NCBI RefSeq assembly: GCF_009914755.1 | Contig: NC_060929.1 | DNA from: the human T2T-CHM13v2.0 reference genome, Homo sapiens | DNA: 64,000 nt | Reading direction: 5' to 3' (one strand) | Part shown: piece after piece, positions 46,230 to 61,240 of the stretch | How the letters are laid out: each line of letters starts with the position of its first letter | How positions within the stretch are numbered: the stretch's first letter is position 1 | The notes under the pieces: model-generated | Databases searched by the model: none | The model's input: only the letters and a program-made list of their open reading frames with translations | Told to the model about the DNA's origin: nothing | Made by a program: the position numbers and the translations under genes

Positions 46230-46460
46230 TGAGCAAGCCACTGCTGTAGGCACTGGGGCTACCACAGCGAACAGAACAAACACATATCTGTCCTTGGAGA
46301 GTTTATATTCTAGCAGGAGGAGACAGACAATAAAAAGCACAGAAGTTAAAATAAATAGACAGATAGATGGGTTCCATGGGGAAATACAAAGCAGGGAAAA
46401 GAGTGCAGGGGTGATACCCTTGACTAGGATGGGCAGGGAAATCTCCACTGAGATTTGGGT
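46230..46460 (-). mobile_element. L2 fragment
   Basis: 'aggcactggggctaccacagcgaacag...gagtttatattctagcaggaggagacagacaataaa'. Confidence 0.7.
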
Positions 46461-46732
46461 AAATCAGTTACCCCCTAACAACAAATAAGTCACTGGTCGG
46501 GTGCATTAAGCAAGACTGTGGCCAGAAGCAGACAATGTAGCTAAAGGCAACTGGGTATAAATACAAATTCCTATAAGAGCCACAGAAAAGTAAGCCAGTC
46601 AAGTGCTACCTCTGGAGAAGATGGTAGTTATTCGGCTCCACCCTCATTGCCAGTCTTGCCAGATCTGCTCTGTTCCAAGAGAAAATGAAAGTCTGAATTT
46701 TTATATAAAAAGTCCTGATTTTTTTGAAAAAT

Positions 46733-47198
46733 CTTAGCTTATTTGTTTCCTAGGGTTGCCATAACAAAGTACCACAAACTGGGCAGCTTAAAATAACAGA
46801 TATTTATTCTCTCGCCGTCCTAGAGGTTAGAAGCCCCACATCAAGATGTCTGCAGGACCATGCTTTCTCTAGGACTGTGGATAGAATCCTTTCTTGCCTT
46901 CTAGCTTCTGGCAGTGGTCAACAATCCTTGCCATTCCTTGGTTTGCAGCTGCATGAGTCCAATCTGTGCCTTGGCTGTCACAGAATACTTTTCTGTTGTA
47001 TGTGTAGGTGTCAGTGCCTCTTCTCTTCTGTTTACAAGAACACCAGTCACGTTGGATGAAAGGCCCTCTGTGCTCCAGTATGACCTCATCTTAATAACTA
47101 CACCTGCACTGACCCTATTTCTAAATAAGGTCACATTCTGAGGTATTGGGGGCTAAGGACTTCAACGCATATTTTTAGGGGCACAATTCAACCCATAA
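46733..47198 (-). mobile_element. MLT1C LTR
   Basis: 'ttcctagggttgccataacaaagtaccacaaactggg...aataaggtcacattctgaggtattgggggc...cacaattcaacccataa'. Confidence 0.9.
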
Positions 47199-47329
47199 TT
47201 GCTATCAGTTAGTTTAAATATTTTTTCATACTGCATTAGTTAACATTACGTAGGACAAACAAATTAAGTACGTGGTTCACAGGTTATTCATTTATGAGTG
47301 CTGGACCAGAGGTTAAGGAGCCTGCAAAA

Positions 47330-47455
47330 ATGAATGTAAGCTTGAGGAGGGCAGGCATAACTCTGTCTATTCACCCTTACACCCAGAACCTACCACAGTG
47401 CCTGCCCAAGTATTTGCTTATTATTTCTAATAAGTGAATGAATGAATGAATGATA
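47330..47455 (+). mobile_element. L2 3' end
   Basis: 'aatgtaagcttgaggagggcagg...cacagtgcctg...gaatgaatgaatgaatga'. Confidence 0.75.
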
Positions 47456-47616
47456 TTTCTTTTATATATCCAAATATCTGGAAGGGTATTCTATTACTAG
47501 AGAGAGAACCCAATCTTACTTGTAGTTGATCAAAACTATACTCAAATTTAATCATTTCTGCAGATTTCTACTCAAATTTAAATAGAGCTATATAAAATTA
47601 TAACCCCCACCCTTAA

Positions 47617-48900
<1,284 letters not shown>

Positions 48901-49981
48901 AGGAAATCTTGGGTGGAACCACTGATAAACTCTCCTATTAAAGCATTCTTCTAGACTTCTAGTGAGACATAGTCTATTCTCTCACCTTATGGCCCTACAC
49001 CACTCACCTTATAGCCCTTGACCACAAATTTCAGTGCTTGATCGCCTCTACCCACCTTGGTTTTTCATACCCAAGAATATCAATAATGATTTTGCATCAG
49101 AGTCACTAAGTTGCAGAAGAATTATCTATGAAGAATAAAGCATCTCCTTAGATGGTGGCCATGCATTTCAGAGGGCAAAAATAATCATGTGCATATTCTT
49201 TCTATAAAAGCAATTATTTTTCTTCAAGTGAAAATTGTTTCAAGGGACATACAAATGCTGTGAACTGAAATGGAAAAACCAATACATTGCTCTGTTCAAA
49301 ACATCTCTGCTCAGCTCAACGATCTCCCACACTCCTGAATAACGTGGTAAACTTTCCAGTTATGTGAAAATAAAAAAAAAATGAGAGTTGTTTGGAATAA
49401 TTTCTTACATTTTTGGCATGTTGGTTTTTTAATTACTATGGAACAAAGAAGCATGTTGATGCATCTTTTGACATCCATTCTCATTTATCATGCAGAATTA
49501 GGAAGGTGAAAAAGTCTACATGTCAGTTAGTTTCTTAATGGTTGTTAGAGTTGTTTTGCAATGGCAGGATGATGTGCCCTAAATGACACAATGTTTTTAA
49601 AGAAGAAATGCAATTAATTCACTCTTAACTCCCTCTCCCCGCTATCAAAAAATTGTCCTTGTTTGATGAAAATGCTGGGGAACAATGAAGAAGAATGTGT
49701 ATGATTAAGTCAGTTGGCTAGAGTTCACGACTTGACAAGTTATTTGACTCAGCTCTAAAAGAAACGCACTTCTACTTCTAACATGCATTTGTATTTTGGA
49801 AATATGACACACTATTCTCACAGTGAAATAGGATGCTACTGGGGAAAATGCCCAGCTCTACTTTTTAGACTCCCAAAACATTAGATCTGAAAGGAACCAC
49901 AGCAATGATTTTCTTTAACCCCTCAATGACATGACGAAGATGAGGATGGAGGTATCAGCCGACTGTTTCCAGTGTGCACAC

Positions 49982-50078
49982 TAGGGTGAGCAATCATCTC
50001 GATTTCCCCAGCTCTCTCCTGGTTTTAGCAGTTACAGTCTCATAAGCCAAGAAAATCTTCAGTCTTGGAATGGTTGGA
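49982..50078. mobile_element. MER81-like hAT MITE
   Basis: 'tagggtgagcaatcatctcgatttcccc...cctggttttagca..agtctc'. Confidence 0.55.
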
Positions 50079-50844
50079 TTTCTTAAAAGTAGATCTAGAT
50101 TTCAGATCTTCTGATTACTAACTCAGTAATGTTTGTTCTACACATCTTTTTTTTTTTAACTAAGAATCTAGTTTTTCTACTGTTAAAAGACAATTTGTAT
50201 ATATGTTTAAGTACTAATTACATGTTCCTTACTTATTTAAGCAATGAAATACAAATGCTAGCTTTGGTTTCCCATATAAGACATGACCTAAATATTATTT
50301 CACTTCATTTTCTCTCCCATCTCTTTCCTTTTTATGCTTGGAAAGAAGTAGATTTGTGTTGTTATGCATGGCTTAGGCTGATAAATCAAATCAGGAGACG
50401 TTTCAAATAAACAAAATGAATTTGAGAGGTTATAAGTGTTTGCAAGTGTCACCGTGGAGACCAGAGAATGGATTGTTGCCATAGAGACTTACATAAACAC
50501 TCTGACTGTGATTATTTCCATGTGAAATCAGATATAGAGGAGATTTGGGAAGGAGGATACATAAATGGAGCTGGCACTCATTGTAGCTGGAGACGAGTTG
50601 TGTCAGAAGGCTGGAGGATGCTAAAGCAAGTTGACAGTGTGAAATGTGTCTGTGCTCATTATTGCTCCATCGATGAGCAGGAAAACACCTTCAGGGAGAA
50701 CCAAGTTTAGAGGGTCAGGTGGGTGTGCTCCATCAGCTACTAAAATACTATAGGATTGGAGGTGATTCCCATTCACTCTTTCCCTCATTCATTCACATTG
50801 GCATCTACCATTGTTATAATAACAAGTTCTATAGCGTTGTGATA

Positions 50845-51105
50845 CAATAATAATGACAGCATGTCTTTATTAAAATGCTTACCACATTACAGAGACTGTG
50901 TTAAGCCCTTTGTGAATATTATGTCATAGAAGCTGAACAACACTTATAAGGTAAAGCAGATATTATTCCCATTCTACCAACAAAGAAACTGAAACATAGA
51001 GAAGTTAATCACCTTGCCCAGGGGCACACAGCTAAAAAATGGTGAAGCCAGGATTCAAATCAGGTAGTCTGTTGGCAGAGCCCACATTCTTAAATATCAC
51101 ACTCT
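50845..51105 (-). mobile_element. MIR
   Basis: 'tattattcccattctac..aaagaaactgaaacatagagaagttaatcaccttgcccagggg cacacagct..gccaggattcaaatcagg'. Confidence 0.85.
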
Positions 51106-51755
51106 GATGAGAAGATGAAGTCTTTGTCTCTGAAGTATTTTACATCTAAATTTGGGAGAAAAAAACATAGTAGTGAAGACTAACACTAGGATGACGATAT
51201 GTAATTCTAGTCATCTATACACATTTTAGCTAGTATTTATAGATTAACATCAACTTGAACCTCATACCCTTCCCTCTTCCTCCTCTACAGATATTATATC
51301 ACTGAGATTCATATTTACAAAGAACACATTAGCTAGCCAAAAAGAAAAGAAATGCATTAGCATATCAATTAGATTATGGGATATCTGGGAGGGTGAGAGA
51401 CTCGTGCTTCAACACCTTCCTACTTCAGTGTACACACAATTGTGATCAGCTTTGAATAAATTTTACCCTAAAATGTACATTTGAGCTTTCAGATGAATTG
51501 ACTCAAGGGTGGGACCCATTTACAATAACACTGAGTCTTCCCTATAAGCTGTATATCCTCACAGAACACCTGTGGACAGCATCCCATGGCCAAGCAGTTA
51601 TAATGATTGCAAAGGTTTAGACATGGGATTCCTGGTGACCGTAGCAGGCTTTGTTTGGGGCCAACCAACCTTTCATGAGAAGGAGTAATATTGAACCCTG
51701 CTCAACAGCAGGCATCAAAAGAGTTTATTGTAGTCTTAAAGAATCGCTGTGAGGG

Positions 51756-52074
51756 GCCTGTAATCCCAGCACTTTAGGAGGCCGAGGCGGGTGGATCATG
51801 GGGTCAGGAGTTCAAGATCAGCCTGGCCAAGATGGTGAAACCCCATTTCTACTAAAAATATTTTTAAAAAATTAGCTAGTCATGGTGGTGGGTGCCTGTA
51901 ATCCCAGCTACTCAGGAGGCAGGAGGCTGAGGCAGAGAATTGCTTAAACCCGGGAGGCAGAGGCTGAGGCAGAGAATTGCTTAAACCCGGGAGGCAGAGG
52001 ATGTAGTGAGCTGAGATCGCGCCACAGCCCTCCAGCCTGGGTGACAGAGCGAAACTGTCTCACACCCACAAAAA
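51756..52074 (+). mobile_element. Alu (AluSg-like), 5'-truncated, with internal duplications
   Basis: TSD aaagaat(c/g)gctgtgag at 51738-51753 and 52075-52090. Confidence 0.94.
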
Positions 52075-52582
52075 AAAGAATGGCTGTGAGTATCAATAAT
52101 TTTAGTTAATGTCCTTTGATTCAAATTTTCTGGAAGATTTCTTCACAGATTATTGATACACAGAGGGTCAACCTTCATTTTGCACAGATGAGTACTTGGC
52201 AGAGAGTGAAATATATAGAACCATCTTTCTCTGAAAAGAAATAAAAGACAATGTAAAGCCCACTGGTTTGGGACCAAAACAGGACCAAGTTATTATGAAT
52301 ATTAAATTAGAAAACAGGTATAGAGGCTGGCACCAAGCAAATATGCTGCAGCTGGTGGTTCATTTTGTCCACCATATCTAACCCAATGGGTGCTCTGAAG
52401 GTGAACAGAATTCCAGACTCGGCTTGTGTAAATCAAATTGCAAGCAGCTAATTTTGTCTTTAAGTCTTTGGATGCTGTCAGTTGTGTAATTGTTTTCCTT
52501 TTCATTTTCCTTTTAATTGAAAGTTTGTCGCAAAATATGTGACCACCTCTATCTAGCAAATGCATAGAATTTCATGGCATGA

Positions 52583-52943
<361 letters not shown>

Positions 52944-53339
52944 TAAAAAAACTATTTATTTGCATTCTGTCTCACTGTGTTATATGAATGTTTTTGTATT
53001 TAAATCCCTTTTTGGAAAAAAGTTGTCCAACCCCTTGGCTACTCCCATAATATCCTCAACAAAGCACCCTGATGTCCAAGATCCCCTCCTAGTCTTCATA
53101 CGTCCAGGTTTTGTACTTGAGACTCCCTCAAAACCATTCCCTTTTTTGCCTGAGTTTTAGGCCAGCTGTGATTTTCTTAAATACAATGCATCTTTTATCT
53201 TTCAGAGGTTTCTCATTATTTCTAGTCCCTAAGCATCTCCCATTCTGTTTCCCAACACTGATTTGGATTTATTTTACTTTCTATTTGCTTCTGCTATGTC
53301 CGAGGGTGGGAGGGAGAGAATGGAGAATGTGCTCTGTCT

Positions 53340-54800
53340 GCTGTCTTCCTACAATGTCCTCTGCTCCTTTCTTCAGTTCAGATTTGTATTTCCAACAATG
53401 TTCTGAACACATACACTCAGATGCCCCACAGGGGCCTCAACTCATAATGTCCAAAAGGAATGCTTCACCTCAACCAGACCTGACTCTGAGTGTATGTATG
53501 TCTGTGTGTCAGTGTGTGTGTTTGTGTCAGTGTGTGTGTGTCTGTGTGTGTTTGTGGCTAGGTGTGTATGTGTGTGTGTCTGTGTGTGTGTGTCTGTGTA
53601 CCTGTGTGTGTCTATGTATATGTGTGTGTGCTCCCTGCATAACCAAGAAGGAAAACATGTTGACATGTTAGATTCTGGTTTTTCCCCCTCTCAAATCTCT
53701 TTTACTGAATAAATGTCTAACTATCTGGTTATGCCATTCTAAATATTGAAATTCGTATTTCTTTGTCATCATTTCATTGCTATAACATAATCCACCTACT
53801 GTGCATGACAGAATCCACCTACTATGTACAGGCACCATTCCAGACCCTGAATGGAGCAAGTTGACTTCATTCTTATTTTTAAAGTATATTTAATTTAATA
53901 GCTACCTCTATAATGTTTACTAGGTGCCAGGAGCTCTATTAAAATTCCATGAAATCCCATTGTAGTAGAAAACACCAATTAGTTACATGAGTCCTTCAAG
54001 ACTCAGTTTAGGGCCTCTTGGAACCTCTTCTGAATCTTTGGAAGATTCAGAAGATTCAGGCTGCGCTAAGCCCAACACATCTTGTATAGACCACTACCCC
54101 AGCATGTTATGTTTGCCTCTTCCATGGACTGTGAGTTCCCTGAGGTGTGCTCTTCTTTTGATCCCTAGAACAGTGCTCAACACCAAATAGGAACTCAGTA
54201 AGTGTTGATTGAACACCTGTCAAACTAAGCCAATTTGATCATCTCACTCTGCTGCTTAAAACCCTTCAAAGAGTCACCACTAGTAAAAGCATGAGTCCAA
54301 TTCCTCAGCATGGCACACAGTACTCTGCAGGCTGGCCCCATCTGTCCTTCTGGCCTCACCTTACCAGGTCCCCAGTCCTTCTCCCATTGCTCCAGGCACA
54401 CCAAACTCTTTCTCACGTTCCCAAAGTAATGTTCTCCATAGTTTCTCGAGGCCTAGTATGCAATGCCCTACCTGACTTGTGTGTCTTTAATAAAGTCTTC
54501 TATTTTGTTCATGACCAAACTCAAAGATCACATATCCCCACATGTCACATGTTCCCCATAAGACTTGTGACTCTTGTTCCCACATAGTCACTTAGATTCA
54601 TTTATCACATGATATTGCAATGATTTATTTATTTGTCTCTCACTCTTTCTCTCTCCTCACTCAATAGACCTTGAGTTCTTGAAGGATAAGAATTATATTT
54701 TACTCATCTTTGAATTTTCTCTGCTTTCATATGGCACATAATTCCTAGAATATAGCAGATAACCAAGTAATGTTTGATGTAATGAACTTATGAATGAATG
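53340..54800 (+). mobile_element. Cluster of fragmented L2 elements
   Basis: 'ctcaactcataatgtccaaa', 'tgatcatctcactctgctgcttaaaacccttcaaag', tails at ~54200 and ~54800 ('tgaatgaatgg'). Confidence 0.7.
53488..53630. repeat. Imperfect (TG)n tract
   Basis: Direct reading. Confidence 0.93.
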
Positions 54801-54839
54801 GATTTGTGCAGCTCTTCACTGTGCTATATAAAATGACTA

Positions 54840-55126
54840 GGCCGGGTGCGGTGGCTCCGGACTGTAATCCCAGCACTTTGGGAGGCCGAGGCAGGCAGAT
54901 CATGAGGTCAGATCGAGACCATCCTGGCTAACATGGTGAAACCCCATCTCTACTAAAAATACAAAAAAATTAGCCAGGCGTGGTGGCGGGCACCTGTAGT
55001 CCCAGCTACTTGGGAGGCTCAGGCAGGAGAATGGTATGAACCCTGGAGGTGGAGCTTGCAGTGAGCCGAGCTCGTGCTACTGCACTCCAGCCTGGGCGAC
55101 AGAGCAAGACTCTGTCTCAAAAAAAA
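54840..55126 (+). mobile_element. AluY
   Basis: AluY-type 'accatcctggctaac', 'gaatggtatgaaccc..ggagcttgcagtgagccgag'; TSD aaaatgacta at 54830-54839 and 55127-55136. Confidence 0.93.
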
Positions 55127-56599
55127 AAAATGACTAGAGAAAGGTCAAACCTCTGTTTATTTAATGTTTCTTCAGAAGGGAGGATTCAAGGCCTTAATTC
55201 TCAAAATTCTCAAATCGGATTGGGTACTTTTATTGTCAAGCGCCTCTTCTAAATAAACACATTTGCTTTCTTGGCTAGCCACCCACTCTCCATTTTTGTT
55301 ACTTTTACAATGTAGAAAATTATGTGTCCTTGGAGTGTTTTTTTCCCACTTCTAGTAGAATCCCATGTCAGAACCATCACCTACTTATTACCTCCTACAC
55401 AGTCTATACATAAGACATTGTTTGTTTCTTCTAGGCAAATCTCTATTAACCAATTTACAACAGTTTTAGGACGCTGTAGCCTATGTCAAGTCCGTATATT
55501 GGTAAAATGAATGTTGCACAGTAAAAAAAACAATAGTCATCTGTAAAGAGACTTTAGGAAAATGTAGCCTATGCTTTTCCTGGGCCTCCTGAACCTCAGG
55601 GTGAAAAGGGGTCATGTTAATGATAATAAACTTTCTCTAGTGCTGACCCCCACTAACCATCATAGGACCTCAAACTTTTTGCAAAACTTTCCATTCCATT
55701 CGCAGGTATTTCTGGAGGGTCCCCACAGAGCTTTGCAATCAGCCCTGCACTGCCTGCCTGCCTGCAGACTTGTTCCACCCGAGAGAAATTAGCTCTTATC
55801 TTTAAAATAAACATAGTTATGAGTGATCCCAGCGGATATTTCTCAAGTGGCTGAGGAGCCTCCCGACATGGAAGTCATCCTAAGTAAAGGGAGAGTCGGG
55901 CACCCAAGCTTAGTGTGGTCACTGGGGCGAGTGGGGTGAGTCTGAGGATACTGAACATATTTCAAAATAATAAGTTATTTCAGCATTCATTCAGCATCCA
56001 CCATTTCTCCTGGCCCCTCCTCACCTCCGCAGTTGCCTGCTGCTGAAGAGGAATGACTTTTGCTGTCCAGGTTTTTGGTCAAAGGGCAGCTATGCCACCT
56101 GTAGTGCTCCCAGTGCTACTGGAAAACCTCCATCCATTGGCTCAGCCTCCTGTTGCCTTGAAAGCTTTCCTCACCTGTGAGAGTTACTGGTGCCAGGAGG
56201 AGGTGCTGCCTGGTGTGCCCACACATGGCACTGCTGCTGACTGGTCCTAGAGCCACTGCCACCACCAACACTCTCTCCTCTTGCTCCCCATAGGGATGCC
56301 ATGCAGGACCCCAAGCTGTGTGGAAGGTGTTCCCAATCTCACCAAATATCTTAAGAAACATGAGTTTCATTTTAACTTTCAGACTCTTCTCATATTGTTA
56401 TTTGAAACCAAGAGAGTCAAGTTTTGGAAATAAGCTAAGTGCTACATGTTCAGTATCCTCAGACTCACCCCACTTGCCCCAGTGACCACACTAAGCTTGT
56501 GTGCCCGACTCTCTCTTTGCTTAGGATGCCTTCCATGCCGGGAGGCTCCTCAGCCACTTGAGAAATATCAGCTGGGATCGCTCATAACAATGTTTATCT

Positions 56600-57035
56600 T
56601 AAAGATAATAGCTAAGGTGGAAGAAGTCTGCAGGCAGGCAGTGCAGGGCTGATTGTGAAGCTCTGTGAGTTGGTCACAGCCAGGACTATATCAGTCCTTC
56701 TGCTCTTCCACATTCAACATGCAGTGTCCACTGCATGGCCCTGGGTTGCTGTTGGAGCCGTGGGCACTGTAACTGCATTCCAGCCACCAGGAAAAAGGAA
56801 GGACAAAGAAAGATGTGTCCCTTCTTGAGGACACTTAACATACATAGAATTTACACACATTTCCACTTAACCTCCCATTGGGCAAAACTTGGCTGCAATG
56901 AATGCCACAATTAGCTGCAAAAGAAGCTGGGAAATGTAGTGTCTATTACCAGTATCCCCGTCTCCAGCTTAATCAGCAGTTCTACAAGGAAGAAAACAAG
57001 AGTATACATGTGAGGATAGCTGGGAATCTCTGCAA
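56600..57035 (-). mobile_element. MaLR LTR, MLT1J-like
   Basis: 'ctgcattccagccaccaggaaa', 'cccattgggcaaaact', 'tagctgcaaaagaagctgggaaatgtagt'. Confidence 0.7.
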
Positions 57036-59094
57036 GAAGATACAGGTTTCTTTTGTCCTGCCTTTCTATGGATTTAAAACTAGTACAGGGAGCAGGGATA
57101 GATCATTGAATTTCTTGGGTCACACAGACAAATGTGTGACAGGACGACGTACTGAGAATGTGATTCGCATGTCATTCTCATACTGTTCATACAGTTCCCT
57201 TCCTCATACTGAAAAGGCCACTAAGCCGTGTGTTCCCATGCCTAATAGACTCTTGAGTTTTGAGGCCAAAAGCAGAAGTTGCCAGGTATCTGGCAGATAA
57301 AACTGGTTTCTGATTTGTTTTCAAGGCATAAGCTCAGGAAGACAATGACAGTGAAGTATCTGAAAGTGGAAGGAAACTTCAAAGTCTGAATAAAGCAAAC
57401 TTGGGTCAATTTGAGAAGTAGAGGGGCTTTAATACTTCCTGGAGGCTGAAGGGGTCAGGGACTCAGCATTCCAGCAGGGAGTGGAGACCAGGGCCACCAT
57501 GCTCATGCTTGGCACTCTGGGACACCCACACATCCCATATGGGGACGGCCATGTGTTATGGCCCGGGAAGTGGGATATTGGCCTTGAAGCATCTCCCAAC
57601 CTTGGAAATGGTTCCTATGCCCAAGCTGCCTATTTCTCAGAGAGCATGAGCAAGGGGAACCCAAAACTAGAGCACCCTGCCCCTATATTCTGGATCTACC
57701 AGTCAGTTGAGACTGCAATTTAATACTAGGGAAGTAGAGGTGGCCCCCAAAAATGAGACCAAAGATGTATTTCCCACCACCACAGGCAGACAGAAGCTTA
57801 GGGAGAATCTTACTTTTCAAACACAATGTTTTAAGCCCACATGTTGGTTAATATTGATTCTTGCTATAAAGGGTAGAGCTCAAGTAGAGCTCAGGCCTCC
57901 TGGGTATTAACCTTGTGAAATGTTCTTGCCTAGCTCTGTTGTCTCTGAGGCTCCAAGACGGAAGTGGGAATGATATTGATTACTGAAGAGTGATTTGTCT
58001 TCACTCCTCATCTTGCTTCCTTGGCTCTTCATGTGTTCTGTTTTTCTACATGGATGTAATGCCACACAGTCACATTTTAGGCTGTAAACTCCTTGAGGGC
58101 AGGTCTATTCTGTGACATGGATCACAGGTGTGTTACATTGCTTAGAGAGCTGGTCATTTCACTGATGCTTTGTCAGATCATAATGGCTGCTGCAATACGT
58201 GAGCCAGGATTTTTTTGTTTGAGCTGAATTACATACAGTACTTAGAAACCAGATCTGGGGCAAAGCTCTCTCTTTGGCAAAGTTGGGGTGCAGATGGAGG
58301 GATTGCTCTCTATTGGCTCTCATGATGGTTCTTTCCCTGTATCTGAGGCTTCTTACAGATTTATATGCCAGAGCCAAGTCTCCAAGGGAAACCCAAGGTG
58401 TTACAGCCAGTGATATTGATGATTTAGTAGGTAATGTTCTTTTTGTACATTTTAAATGAAAACAGTGGGTTACGAGGAACCATCCTTCAGCTGAGTCATA
58501 AAAACCAGTTCCTGCCCTCTTGCAGTTAAAAATTCATGAAGCGTTTTCCAAAAGGCTGTTTCGAATCAGGCTTGATTATTTTCTTTCTCTCTCTACTTAA
58601 ATATTATCTATATGTTAAATACTTTTAGAGGTCTTTACTTTTGCCAACGAATTGTAATCCGGTGTTTCTGGATAATCAAGTATAAATGATTATCCTACTT
58701 ACCATTTAGTTAAGTTAAAGAAAAATATAAGCATCATAGGAAACCAAACAACAACAAAAAAACTGTAAATGTGAGTTAGCTTTGCTGCGCTGTGCTGCAA
58801 AGGTTGGCAATCTTTGAAAATTGGCGTGCTGAGGTTGTCTTCCAAAGGTGGATAAACCTAATTGTCAACATGAGGCTGGAGACATTCGTCAGCTGCTGTT
58901 TTTATTGTCTAGTGATAGTTCCTTCCAGAGGGAACTTTGGTCCAGAGTGTGGGTGTAAGTGAGAGTGGGGTGGCAATTGATCCCCCTGACAATGAAAACT
59001 GTTCTGTCTGGTAATTGGCACACATGCCATCGGTTGGTGATGCCTGCACTAGTACCTCATAACTGGGTTTCAAATAACAGGTTTCACAACTGCA

Positions 59095-59643
59095 GTGTTC
59101 TCAAGAGATTTTTTCTTCTACCCTTCTAGGTTCTGTGGCTGTTCTAAGAATTAAATTAACATAAGACAAAGTAACAGGAGAAAAATAATTTTAATTTTGT
59201 ATGTATCCATGGCAGTCCCACAAATACATGAGACTCCAGGAAGCAGCCAGATGACTGAGACTTATATAGCATTCTGAGCTATAGGAAGGAATAGGGGTTT
59301 GGGGATTTGGAGAGCAGGGAGGAAGGTGCAGATAAATTATGGGAAGGTAGAGGTAGGAAAGGTATGGTGAATAAAGGATGCCTTGTAATGTAGATAAAAG
59401 TCTCTCAGGTGATAAACTTTTCTCTAAGTAGTTCTTTTCCTGGTACAGTACCTTTACTAATAAAAGTTTTCTTTATAAATATAAATCTCCTCTACAAAAG
59501 GGGAAACTTATACTTTCTTTTAGGTAGTTGATGGGGAAATAAAGAGCTTTTCCTTCACTGGTTTGTTCTCAATTTCCTTAACTTCAAAATAGTCAATATG
59601 CCAAAGTGGCATATTTGGGGGTAACATGTTCTGAACCCATTCA
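59095..59643 (-). mobile_element. ERV1 LTR, MER34-like
   Basis: 'aattaaattaacataagacaaagtaacaggagaaaa' and end 'caaaatagtcaatatgccaaagtggcatatttgggggtaacatgttctgaaccc.ttca'. Confidence 0.75.
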
Positions 59644-59748
59644 GTCACATAACTTGCTGCCCTATTGCCATTAAAAATTAGTGAAGCATTCTCAGAAAGG
59701 CTCTTGGGAGGCAACACTGGACCCCAGGTTGCTCTGTGCCTTAACACT

Positions 59749-60437
59749 TGTAAGCCAAAGTGTCTGAGACAGATCTCAATCAACTTAGAGGTTGATTTTG
59801 CCAAGGTTGAGGACACACCCAGGAAAAAGAGACACACGTTATAGTAGGATCTGTGGCCTGTGCTTTTTCCAAAGAGGGTTTTGAGGATTTCAATGTTTAA
59901 AGGGCAAAGAGCAGCAGGAGAAGGAGAAAAGGAAAATGGGGGTGGGAGTGGCAGGGGTAGGTAGTGAGGCAAGTGGTCACATTCTTGTGAGGCTGTCTTA
60001 GCACTCACTGAGTCCACATGTTACCTGTGAAAGGAGCAGGGAGAGAAGCAGTCAATTATACATTCATCTGGTGCTCAGTAGATCTGCATTTTACATAGGA
60101 TAAAGTAAGCATAGAGAACAGGAGTTAAATATACATTTATCTCAGGGTAGGTGGAGGGATGATTTCTAGTCTGTCTTCATTCTGTATCTGTGAAGATAAG
60201 CTACACATTTACATTATCAAGGTGAGATTCAACAGAACTGTGTTTTAGGGGGCCAATGAGGAATTTCCTTGTGAGTAACTTGTGAGGGAGGCCACCTGGG
60301 GAGATGTGTGGCCTTCTATCACTCCAGCTATCTGTTTAGGAACAAAAAGAAGGCAGCTTTTGCATGACTCAGTTTCCAAGCTTAATGTTTTCTGTTAGCA
60401 TAGTGAGTTTGGAGTCCCAAGATTTTTTTTCCTTTCA
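59749..60437 (-). mobile_element. ERV1 LTR, MER4-family
   Basis: 'tgtaagccaaagtgtctgagacagatctcaatcaacttagaggttgattttgccaaggttgaggac' ... 'gagtttggagtcccaagattttttttcctttcac'. Confidence 0.85.
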
Positions 60438-60689
60438 CCCTCTGATCTCAAAGGTCCTAAATGTGGGGTGTCCTGTGGAGATTCTGAATTTGTCCCTTCC
60501 CTTTGCTCATGGAGAAGTTCAGTAAATCCCTGTCTATTTTGTGAGCAGTTCTGACTCCTCCCTCTACAGCAGGCTCATAGGTGATACAAGCTAATGTCAG
60601 TATCGTTAAGAAAACCTAGAATAGTAATACACAATTAATAATGTAATAGTAATAGCAACAATAATAATGCCACTGCCCTTCTGAAACCT

Positions 60690-61000
60690 CTCAGAAAAGC
60701 AAGAACACTTCTTTCCCAGAAGTCTCAAACAATCACCTTAAATCTCATCAAACCAAATTTGAGCACAAGCCCATTCTAGAGCCAATATCCATGGCCATGA
60801 GGTGGGACTATGCTGATTAAGCTGGGCTTGAGCCAGGGCCCCCATGACTAGAACCAGAGGCATTTTGAGCCAAGAGTGTGTAGAGCTTCATTTAAACTTA
60901 CAAAGACCTTCTAGGGGTAGGGATGCAAACCCAAACAAGAGTGGCGTCATTTCCAAGAGAAAAGGGGATGAATGATGGGAAGATAGCCATAAAGTCCATA
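60690..61000 (-). mobile_element. MaLR LTR fragment (MLT1K/L-like)
   Basis: 'tctttcccagaagtctc...gcccattctagagccaatatccatggccatgaggtgggactatgctgatt'. Confidence 0.55.
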
Positions 61001-61009
61001 GCAACTAAT

Positions 61010-61240
61010 ACTATTTATTTAGTATTCATTGTATGTTGCCACAGTTTTAAGAAGTTTTTCACTTCATTGTCACAAAGACAATTAAGTTTCTTGGACAGAT
61101 TCCAAGTTTATGCACATTTTCAGATGAGAATATTAACATTCAGAGAGGCTAAATGACTTGTTAAAGTCATACAGCTAGGAATTGGCAGAGCTAGTATTCA
61201 AATCTAGGTGGTCTGACTTCAGAGCTCAAACTCATTCAGC
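61010..61240 (-). mobile_element. MIR
   Basis: 'cattttcagatgagaata..cagagaggctaaatgacttg..agtcatacagctagga.ttggcagagctagtattcaaatctaggtggtctgact'. Confidence 0.85.

Noticed and set aside
53111-53712. 186-aa Cys/Val-rich ORF and similar ORFs at 2673, 4741 and 23161
   Set aside because: Produced by (TG)n/(TA)n/(GA)n microsatellites.
56020-56370. GC-richer segment with ORFs on both strands and minus-strand GTGAG donors
   Set aside because: No recognisable protein and no convincing acceptor pairing.
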